A stretch of 33,589 nucleotides of DNA from Candidatus Sigynarchaeum calidifontis. Lineage in GTDB: Archaea; Asgardarchaeota; Lokiarchaeia; Sigyniarchaeales; Sigyniarchaeaceae. The stretch spans positions 1 through 33,589 of the forward strand of contig JAUQYZ020000038.1 of assembly GCA_030587475.2 (NCBI GenBank), written 5' to 3'. The notes beneath the pieces are model-generated. The model saw nothing but the letters and a program-made list of their open reading frames with translations, did no database searches and was not told the origin of the DNA. Both the position numbers and the translations under genes were made by a program. Positions 26,315 to 33,589 of this stretch are shown here, piece after piece (the first letter of the stretch is position 1; each line of letters begins with the position of its first letter).

Positions 26315-27085
26315 ATGCCCACGCACGTGTGCAGCATTTGCAGGAAAACGGAATTCTATTCGACACGGGTCGCCACGCTCCATACATGCCAGGTGTGCCA
26401 TCGCCCGTTTTGCAAGCAGTGCGCCGCGACGTTTTTTCTTTGTTCGCAATGCGAGCCAGACCTTCCTGCCGGGATTATTGACGACCTGGAAGCAGCACTG
26501 AGGCAACCAAGAAAAACGATGGAAATCACGCTTTGGACCACGGGTATCGGGATCATCTTGCTGCCCACGACCTTGATCGCCGTGGCCATCATTTCTGCAA
26601 CGCGTGCGTATCCCTTGATCTTCTTGCCGATCATCCAAGCATTATCGGGAGTGATGATCTTGATATCGAGCGCGGGGGTGCGATATTCGAGCCGAATCAC
26701 GATGCGGCAGGAAGCGCACAAGATCTTGCAACCTTTTTCGAGGGGATTCTACCATGGCCGCTATTACGGCGCGCAACCGGGGTGGCAACCGCAAACGTGG
26801 CAACCAGCCCAGCCGATGTACCAGCCCGCGCAGCCGGCCGCGTTCCCGCCGGCTCGCCCCGCGATACCGAGCTCGGCGTTCCTCCCCCAGGTGAACGAGA
26901 TCCCCTACGTGCCGCCGGGTACCCGCGCCGTGCCCGCGAGCATCGACGTCCCCGTGGCTGCTGCGGCCACGCAAGAACATGGCGCCCCGGGCAAGACCGG
27001 GTCTTATTGCGGTGCGTGCGGCGCTGCGATGCCGGACCTGCCGGGCTTGAAGTTCTGCCCCGATTGCGGCGCGCCGAGGGAATGA
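26315..27085 (+). CDS. Membrane protein: N-terminal Cys8 Zn finger, 2 TM, Pro/Gln-rich linker, C-terminal Zn ribbon
   Basis: C-x2-C-x15-C-x2-C-x4-C-x2-C-x6-C-x2-C; two hydrophobic helices; QPGWQPQTWQPAQPMYQPAQP; CGACG..CPDCG. Confidence 0.75.
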   Translation: MPTHVCSICRKTEFYSTRVATLHTCQVCHRPFCKQCAATFFLCSQCEPDLPAGIIDDLEAALRQPRKTMEITLWTTGIGIILLPTTLIAVAIISATRAYPLIFLPIIQALSGVMILISSAGVRYSSRITMRQEAHKILQPFSRGFYHGRYYGAQPGWQPQTWQPAQPMYQPAQPAAFPPARPAIPSSAFLPQVNEIPYVPPGTRAVPASIDVPVAAAATQEHGAPGKTGSYCGACGAAMPDLPGLKFCPDCGAPRE

Positions 27086-27185
27086 CATCTCGTCTTGTAC
27101 CTTTTCTTGTCTCATTTAGATTTTCTCTCGTGTCACTGCTTGGTCGCCCTGGCAATGCATTCACGAAAGAAAAAGCCGGGTACAT

Positions 27186-28889
27186 TCAAGCATTGAGTCC
27201 AAAGGGGAAGAAATTCACGATCATCCACGCGTAGAAGATGCAGAGGAACACGGTCGAGCCCACGATGTTGCGCCCCGAATGCATGTAGACCCACGTGACC
27301 ATGAGCTGCTGGATGACCGAGAAGGCGATGATCACGGTGATCGACAACGCGTAGAACGCCACCGTGGTGCTGTGATTTTGCCACGTGACGATCATGAGGG
27401 GGACGAGGATGATGTTGTCGACGAGGCAGCCGATGCCAGCCATCTTGATGTATTCCACGACCTTGTGCCCTGGCGCGAGGCGGCCTTGCACGGCTCGCAG
27501 GCCGAATTCCTTCACGAGCAAGAACGGGAAGAACGTGATCGCCATGCCGAGCATCGCGCCGACTTCCCGCGCCGTCAAGACCGTGGTCGTCACCGACCAG
27601 TCCATGACGAGCGTGATCGCACCGGCCGAGACGAATGCCGCGATGACACCATAGCAAGCGGCACGGCCGGGGTCGTGGCGGCACATGGCCTTCATCGTTC
27701 CGGCGAGGTCGTCGAACCGCTGCCGCACGCGTCCCCGCATCACGAAGATGAAATAGATCCCGAGAAAGCCGGCGGCATTCCCCGCCAGGATCGAGAAGAG
27801 CTGGTGCCCCATTGCCACGGGTAGCACGGCGGGGAAGAGCGGCGATAACGGGAACAGCAAGGCCAGCCCGATGCCGCACGCCAGCATCGACAAGCACGCG
27901 AGCTTCGCGGCCGAGGCGTCCTTCACGGCATCGCGCTCCGGCCGCGATTGCCCCCGCTTCCACGTGGCGTTGGCCAAGTACACGATGACCACGAACACGA
28001 TGCAGCAAGTCCCGGCCATGGCAACCAGCGACGACGCGACGAGGAAAGGCGCCGTTATTGTCACCGGCCACCGGACGCTCCCGTAAAACGCCAGCTCGAA
28101 CCATTCCACCATTTCTTGCAAGATGACGGCGTTCACGGGCTCGGTCAGGTGCTCGATGCCGGGCGCGATGGCCACCTTGCACGCGGTGCCCGCAGCGAAG
28201 GAGCCGTAGAGCGTGTTCAGTGCAACGATGGCTGAACCCGTGTAATTCCGCAAGAACGCGAGCTCGTTCTCCTGGCTGAAGAGCTGGTCGAGCTGGCCGA
28301 CTCCCATGAGGAGGTTGGGGATGCGGCTGAAATTGAAGGCGGTGGTTACCATGCCGATGGAGACCGTCGCGTTGACCCGGCCGTGTTCCCGCTCCGCGAG
28401 GCCGAGGGCTGCCCGCCCGCCCATCGAGTGGCCGACCAGCCCGACGTGGTTTATGTTACCAAGGCCGACGAGGTAATCGAGCGCGGCGCCCATGTCATCC
28501 TCGAGAATTGGATCCAGCCGGTTTGCCGGAACGTATCCACCGCTGCTGCCATGACCACGGAAGTCGATAGCCACGACGACCCAACCGCGCTTGACGAGCT
28601 CGATGCTCGCGGGCTGCATGTACCGCTTGTTTCCCGTGAAGCCATGCCCGACAACGATGCCCGGCATGTTCCCGGCGATCCCGAGCGGCGTGTAGACCAG
28701 CGCGTCGATCCGCGTGCCGTCCCTCGACGTGAGAGTCACGGGCGAGATCGAGTACGGGCGCGCGGGATCGGGGAAAAACGTGAGAAACGCGAGGGGGACG
28801 AGCCCCGCGGCGATGCAGACGAGGCTGAGGATGGCCCCGGCGCGCTTGCGGTCGGCCTTCAAGAATTGCACGAGATGCATGGAATCCAA
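27186..28889 (-). CDS. Membrane-anchored alpha/beta hydrolase with a C-terminal multi-TM domain
   Basis: N-terminal TM; HGF, DFRGHG.S, GHSMGG nucleophile elbow and EH; about 8 C-terminal TM helices. Confidence 0.85.
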   Translation of the reverse strand: MDSMHLVQFLKADRKRAGAILSLVCIAAGLVPLAFLTFFPDPARPYSISPVTLTSRDGTRIDALVYTPLGIAGNMPGIVVGHGFTGNKRYMQPASIELVKRGWVVVAIDFRGHGSSGGYVPANRLDPILEDDMGAALDYLVGLGNINHVGLVGHSMGGRAALGLAEREHGRVNATVSIGMVTTAFNFSRIPNLLMGVGQLDQLFSQENELAFLRNYTGSAIVALNTLYGSFAAGTACKVAIAPGIEHLTEPVNAVILQEMVEWFELAFYGSVRWPVTITAPFLVASSLVAMAGTCCIVFVVIVYLANATWKRGQSRPERDAVKDASAAKLACLSMLACGIGLALLFPLSPLFPAVLPVAMGHQLFSILAGNAAGFLGIYFIFVMRGRVRQRFDDLAGTMKAMCRHDPGRAACYGVIAAFVSAGAITLVMDWSVTTTVLTAREVGAMLGMAITFFPFLLVKEFGLRAVQGRLAPGHKVVEYIKMAGIGCLVDNIILVPLMIVTWQNHSTTVAFYALSITVIIAFSVIQQLMVTWVYMHSGRNIVGSTVFLCIFYAWMIVNFFPFGLNA

Positions 28890-28946
28890 CCCCGAACGAT
28901 GATGGAATGAATCGACATGGCATTGAAGATGGACGTGGACGACGGA

Positions 28947-29495
28947 TCATTTGTGGATAATGAACGTCTTTTTCTCCCGGTCGACCGTGACCACGAGGTT
29001 CTTGGATTTATCGAAAAACTTGACCACCTTCGCCCCGGGATCCTTGGTGTCCGCGGTCACGATGTCCATGTCGAACGCTTGCAGGTGGGTCACGAGATGC
29101 TTCGCGGCGAGGGTATGTCGCATGACCATCTGCATCTTGCCCGACTTGAGCGCAAACTTCCCGGCCATGAGGCCCTGGATCGGGTCGAGCTTGCCGGCGA
29201 GCAGCAGGAGCCAGTTCTTTTCAGGCCCGGCAAAGATGTAATCGCTCTGGGGCTTTTCCTGGCCATCGACCCAGAACTTGTAACCGCGGCACTTGCCGTG
29301 CCAGAGATCGAGCCAGACGCCGATCTCGAACGGCGTCGCCCCGCCATCGGGTTGTATGACGAACAGCATCGAGCCTTCCCAATCCTTCGCCGACGCCTCG
29401 TATTCCTTGGAATTGTTCAAGATCTCCATGTACTTCCGTGCCCACTCGTCCGAAGGGAATGCGACCGGGATCTTGTTGGTTGCTGGTGCTGACAT
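28947..29495 (-). CDS. SCP2 sterol/lipid-binding domain protein
   Basis: FPSDEW..LN....Y...A..WEG, LDLWHGKCR and W..LL.GKLDPIQGLM.GK..L: an archaeal-type SCP2 with a short C-terminal extension. Confidence 0.85.
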   Translation of the reverse strand: MSAPATNKIPVAFPSDEWARKYMEILNNSKEYEASAKDWEGSMLFVIQPDGGATPFEIGVWLDLWHGKCRGYKFWVDGQEKPQSDYIFAGPEKNWLLLLAGKLDPIQGLMAGKFALKSGKMQMVMRHTLAAKHLVTHLQAFDMDIVTADTKDPGAKVVKFFDKSKNLVVTVDREKKTFIIHK

Positions 29496-29901
29496 GTTCG
29501 TGTTGCCTCTTGCCTATCCGCTTGATGTTTACCAATGCCAGACGGGAGTTTAAAAATGCATGAGGATCGCCCGAGGGCCGGGGCACGATCGCATCACGTG
29601 CGATCCGATTAATTTCACGTATAACCCCCCCAACGCCGCCTGGCGTGGTGGTGCCACGGCGGACGCCGGTCGAAACCGTGCAAGGTGCCGGCGCCGGGGC
29701 GATGGCGATGGCGACCAACCTGCCCGCGCAGGCGCGCGAGCGCATCATCAACTCGGCGAGAGCATAGTAACAAGGCGACGACGATACGGGCGATGAGGCT
29801 TGGGGGATTCGTGGGAAGGTGAATGGCCGAACCATCCCTCGGGGTCATTCCGTGAATATAGAACCAAACATTAAAGTCCCTTCACGAAAAGAATAGCGTG
29901 C

Positions 29902-30993
29902 ATGGCGGAGATCGAAGATGGGCGCGTGGACGTGCGCCGGCTGCTGAAGCTCCCGCGCGAGACGAGGGCCGCCTACGAGGGGATGCTCGACCAGTTTATC
30001 GACCTCCTCCAGGCAATGATCGACGACGCGGAATCGGGCAAGAAAGTGAACTGGGAGAAGCCGTGGAGCCCGCGAGGCGCGGTCCATGCCAATTTCTCGC
30101 GCCCGAGCAGGCCATATTCCGCCTTGAACCAGTTCATGTGCGATCTCTATTGCATCGAGCACGGGTGGCAGTCCCGGTTCTGGATCACGAGGGAAAAGGT
30201 CGATGCCGTTGGTGGTACCCTCTTGCCAAATCAACAGCCCAACATCCTCTATGGATTCTATCCCACGTTCGTCCCGCAGGAACGTGAAAATGAGGCGACG
30301 ACGGGCAATGCGGGAGACACGACAGGCGACACGGGTGGCGTCCACGACTTGGAGAAAGGAAAGATCGTGTATTACATCTGGGAAGTGCCGGTCTATAACC
30401 TTGAACAATGCACCGGGATTCACCCGCCCAAGTGTCGACCGGTAAAAGTCGACGTCGCTGCCGAACGGATCATCTCGAAAATGCCTGACAAGCCCACCAT
30501 CATCTTCGAGGACATCGACCAGGCTTTCTATCATCCCAAGACCGATAGCATCCACTTGCGATCCATCGAATATTTCAAGTCGAAGGCGCAATACTACGAC
30601 ACGCTGTTCCACGAGCTGGCACATAGCACGGGGCACCAGAAGCGATTGAACCGCGAGACCATCGCGGGGGGTGCATATTCCCGGGATCACGAACGAGCGG
30701 AAGAGGAGCTCGTCGCGGAATTCGCGGCGGCCATCCTCTCCAACACGTGCGGCATCGCCACCCCACGCTCGTTCAAGGGAAACATCGAATACGTGAAGTC
30801 GTGGATAAAAGAATTGAGAGAGTGGAAAAGAAAAGCCCCGCACAAGCTGGGCATGTACTTGTCGATGGCAAAGCAAGCAGCGGATTATATCCAGGGGAGA
30901 AAGGTATCTACGAGCATCCGCAAAGCAGTGAAAAAACCGGCCACGGCTGCGGCGGTCGAACTGTGCCTCAGCCGGGACCCGATATTTGACTGA
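29902..30993 (+). CDS. ardC: ArdC-like antirestriction protein (DUF1738 ssDNA-binding domain plus zincin metallopeptidase)
   Basis: WEKPW, RPYSALN, W.T, VYNLEQ, QAFYHPKTDSIHL, YYDTLFHELAHSTGHQKRLNR, EELVAE and YVKSWIKEL. Confidence 0.85.
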   Translation: MAEIEDGRVDVRRLLKLPRETRAAYEGMLDQFIDLLQAMIDDAESGKKVNWEKPWSPRGAVHANFSRPSRPYSALNQFMCDLYCIEHGWQSRFWITREKVDAVGGTLLPNQQPNILYGFYPTFVPQERENEATTGNAGDTTGDTGGVHDLEKGKIVYYIWEVPVYNLEQCTGIHPPKCRPVKVDVAAERIISKMPDKPTIIFEDIDQAFYHPKTDSIHLRSIEYFKSKAQYYDTLFHELAHSTGHQKRLNRETIAGGAYSRDHERAEEELVAEFAAAILSNTCGIATPRSFKGNIEYVKSWIKELREWKRKAPHKLGMYLSMAKQAADYIQGRKVSTSIRKAVKKPATAAAVELCLSRDPIFD

Positions 30994-31022
30994 AAAACCG
31001 GGACCGGCTCGATTCAAGCGAG

Positions 31023-32885
31023 TTACATGTCCCATCGCTTGGCGAGCGTCTTGGCGAGGTTCGCTTCCTTCAAGGCGAGCAAATCACGGGCCTCGGCGAG
31101 CGCCTCGTCGGCCTCGAGAGGAAAGCGATTGAAGAGCCGGCTCTTGCTGCACACTTTCTCGGTCACCTTGTACATGGGCCACACGAACCACTTGCTCGGG
31201 CCGCTCATGCGGGCGGCATTCTGGAAATCCCGCAAGCTGTTCGTGTCCCAGGCCCCGAGCAGCGCCGTGAGTGGCAAGTACCCGAAGAGGAGGATGAGCA
31301 GGAGGATGACGAGCGCCACGCCGATGGCAGGGTAGAAACCGAGGGCCTGCTTGATCGGGAAAAACACGAAGTTGAGCATGGCCATGAGAACGCCGAATAT
31401 GATGATGCCGGACAATATCGGGGCGATAAGCGTTTGCCAGCGAGCGATCTTGATCTTCACGACCTTCTTGTGCGTGAACAAGTAGGACAAGATCGTCTTG
31501 TACATGATAGCGGGATACTCGCCGCATGGGAGGATCCAGATGAGCGCGGACAGGCCATACTTCCCGGGCAAGTCGAGCCACACGATCCAGAGCAGCATGA
31601 AGAAGATCTTGAGCATTTCCTCGGAACCCCTCAGCCACATAAGAAACGTGGGATGGTTCGTTCCCAGCTGGATCGAATCGGCGAAACTCGTGTAGGGTTG
31701 CTGGAAATTGCGGATGAGGGTCGAGAAAAAGAACGGGAGGGCGGCCAGGTAGTAGACCATGTTGAAAGCGACGAAGAAATCCCTCAAGACCAGGTACACG
31801 GTCAAGATGGACGGGAGAAACAGCATCTGGAAAATCACGATGTAGCGCAATGATTGCGCGAAATAGTATTGCGTGAGCTTTTTCTTCCCGTTCAAGAACG
31901 CCTCGGCAATGAGGGGGGTCGGCGCGCTCACGCCGCCCCAGTTGACGAACCCGGAGATCCCGGAGATCAAGCCACACAAGCTCGAGAAGGTCGCGTACTG
32001 GGGAATGAAGATGATGTTGATCCACAGCAAGATCTGCCCCGTGAACACGCCGATGAGGCTCCACGCGCCCGTCTTGATGCCGAAGACCACGCATTCCTTG
32101 ATCAAGTCCCATCCGAACCCGACGCGGAAGCAATCACGTGCCCGGATGCCGTCCTTCTTCATGGCCTTCGTGAAAAACCAAGCCGATAGCCACATGGCGA
32201 AGAAATCATCGATGTAGACGCCGATGCAAGCGCCGATCGCGATGCCCATGATCTCGCCGATCGCGGGCGTGTTCATCCCCCAGATACGACCGATGAACAC
32301 GAACGTGAGTTCCGTGAGTCGCTGGAAGCCCTCGCCGGTGATAAAGCCAAGCACGGCGGTTTTGTTGTACATCTGGAGGGAGCCAAGAACACCCCCAAAC
32401 ACGCCCAGGTAGCCTGGATATTGGTACGTGGCCACGATGAGCATAAGCCAGATGCCGTAGGACAAGGTTGTGCTGGGCACGATGAAGATCGCGTAAATAG
32501 AGACCATGGTCGTCTGGACCAGGCCCGTCCAGCACTGATACCATATAAAGTATTGTATGTAGTTCAACATCCGTGCAGGGTTCTTGATGCGTGCTTCTGC
32601 GATGAACCGGTCCATCGTCATGTGTGTCCCAAGGTCAAACATGACAAACAAGAGAGTAAATATGCCCCCGGTCAAGTTTCGGTATCCGTTCGATTCCGGG
32701 TAGGGGTAGAAAATGTTAACGATAACACCGGAGATGAAAAGGCCAAGAACCATGCTGATCAAGGAAAATATGAGATTGTACCAGAAACCGGCCAACGGCT
32801 TGTGAAATCCAATGGCTTCCCAGAGTTTTTCTACAGGCAAGTCGGGCTTGTTCCCGTCCTCGACTTTCGATGCTTCTGCACTCAT
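31023..32885 (-). CDS. Oligosaccharide flippase/MOP-superfamily-like polytopic membrane protein
   Basis: About 14 TM helices; FDLGT...DRFIAE in the N-terminal region; two-half organisation typical of Wzx/MATE-like exporters. Start probably at ATG 32885 (the track gives 32912). Confidence 0.65.
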   Translation of the reverse strand: MSAEASKVEDGNKPDLPVEKLWEAIGFHKPLAGFWYNLIFSLISMVLGLFISGVIVNIFYPYPESNGYRNLTGGIFTLLFVMFDLGTHMTMDRFIAEARIKNPARMLNYIQYFIWYQCWTGLVQTTMVSIYAIFIVPSTTLSYGIWLMLIVATYQYPGYLGVFGGVLGSLQMYNKTAVLGFITGEGFQRLTELTFVFIGRIWGMNTPAIGEIMGIAIGACIGVYIDDFFAMWLSAWFFTKAMKKDGIRARDCFRVGFGWDLIKECVVFGIKTGAWSLIGVFTGQILLWINIIFIPQYATFSSLCGLISGISGFVNWGGVSAPTPLIAEAFLNGKKKLTQYYFAQSLRYIVIFQMLFLPSILTVYLVLRDFFVAFNMVYYLAALPFFFSTLIRNFQQPYTSFADSIQLGTNHPTFLMWLRGSEEMLKIFFMLLWIVWLDLPGKYGLSALIWILPCGEYPAIMYKTILSYLFTHKKVVKIKIARWQTLIAPILSGIIIFGVLMAMLNFVFFPIKQALGFYPAIGVALVILLLILLFGYLPLTALLGAWDTNSLRDFQNAARMSGPSKWFVWPMYKVTEKVCSKSRLFNRFPLEADEALAEARDLLALKEANLAKTLAKRWDM

Positions 32886-32971
32886 GATTGACTTGTAGTC
32901 AGCGGAAAACAAGAAAAAACCCTCGTTTCGTCGCGGACGCGCGGAACGCCCCTCGTGACTCGTTCAGCGGA

Positions 32972-33589
32972 ATGCCCTTGCAGAAATACGTGGACGACAC
33001 GATCGATGGCATCGTATCCGGCGCGGGCGAGGTGACCGTGGCGAGTCCCGATGGATTCCACGTCACCCCGCCCGAGACCGCCGGCCTCAGGAGCCAACTC
33101 CAGGTCGCCGTCGTCGAGCACGTGCGGGACTTGCATGCGAAAGGCATCGGGTTCTTGTTCACCCCCAAGCTGGCCGAGAAGGTAGGATGCACGCCGGGTT
33201 CATTATCTACCGTTCTAGACAAGCTCGTGAATGAATATCACCGGCTTGCCGTCGTCGAAAAGTCGTTTGCATCGCTGTCAGCGTGTTATTCGTCAAAAGG
33301 CACATTTACCGAATATAATTTCTATACTTTGGCGAGCCAGGCCATCAATGTCGGGTCCCTCGCCGCGAAGACAAACGAGGTCCGGGAAGCGATCAATGTC
33401 TTGGCTGCCGGCGCGGTGCACGGCGGGGCCATCGATTGGGTCAAGTTCGTCGGGATGGAGCAATTCACGCGATCTGCGGCCACGAGTCGATATGCGGTGG
33501 AAGGTTATCAAACCAAATTTGCAAGAGCTTTATTCGACATGGTGATGACCCGCCCCAACGACCCCATGTGGAACCGCCCGGATTCCCCG
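32972..33589 (+). CDS. Hypothetical protein with a probable winged helix-turn-helix; runs off the window end
   Basis: ATG 32972 opens a 206-codon frame with no stop (MPLQKYVDDTIDG...VAVVEHVRDLHAKGIGFLFTPKLAEKVGCTPGSLSTVLDKLVNEYHRLAVV...). Absent from the ORF track. Confidence 0.65.
   Translation, partial: MPLQKYVDDTIDGIVSGAGEVTVASPDGFHVTPPETAGLRSQLQVAVVEHVRDLHAKGIGFLFTPKLAEKVGCTPGSLSTVLDKLVNEYHRLAVVEKSFASLSACYSSKGTFTEYNFYTLASQAINVGSLAAKTNEVREAINVLAAGAVHGGAIDWVKFVGMEQFTRSAATSRYAVEGYQTKFARALFDMVMTRPNDPMWNRPDSP

Noticed and set aside
26770-26840. Short tandem DNA repeats (CAACC/CAGCC units) as a VNTR or CRISPR-like array
   Set aside because: Degenerate, in-frame coding for Gln-Pro repeats; there is no repeat-spacer periodicity.
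29560-29900. Possible RNase P, SRP or cobalamin riboswitch RNA in the GC-rich gap
   Set aside because: Only isolated words (GTGCCAC, GTGCAAGG) match; the RNase P P4 signature, the SRP helix 8 motif and the B12 box were not found.
30973-31005. CCGGGACC direct repeat as an att site or target-site duplication
   Set aside because: Both copies are on the same side of ardC, I found no matching copy upstream, and 8 bp can recur by chance.

Overview
Gene-dense ~33.6 kb prokaryotic chromosomal window with about 29 protein-coding genes, two of them truncated at the window edges. I recognised no rRNA, tRNA, CRISPR array, transposase or integrase. An archaeal, probably Asgard (Lokiarchaeia-like), source is inferred from TATA-like boxes shortly upstream of starts, T-tract terminators, Zn-ribbon/RING membrane proteins, 7TM paralogs and a standalone SCP2 protein; there is no marker gene to confirm this. 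Left part: ArsB/NhaD-type transporter, cyclophilin-like protein, a coupled DegT aminotransferase/URO-D-family pair, GDPD and aguB-aguA. Next: a co-oriented block of a 6TM RING-like protein and two 7TM paralogs (one fused to a DUF998-like domain), an SGNH esterase and a Ca2+/cation antiporter. Middle: a carbohydrate cluster (two Asp-box sialidase-like paralogs, a GH28-like enzyme, a polytopic-membrane GH9 fusion, L-rhamnose isomerase, a beta-hydroxyacid dehydrogenase) containing an NTase-like/tyrosine-phosphatase fusion. Right part: nitroreductase, a Cys8-finger membrane protein, a membrane alpha/beta hydrolase plus SCP2, an orphan ArdC-like gene, a flippase-like protein and a wHTH ORF missing from the ORF track. 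The best candidate for an undescribed system is the membrane RING protein with Hrd1-like architecture next to the 7TM paralogs. All family calls come from motif recognition by eye; no searches were run.
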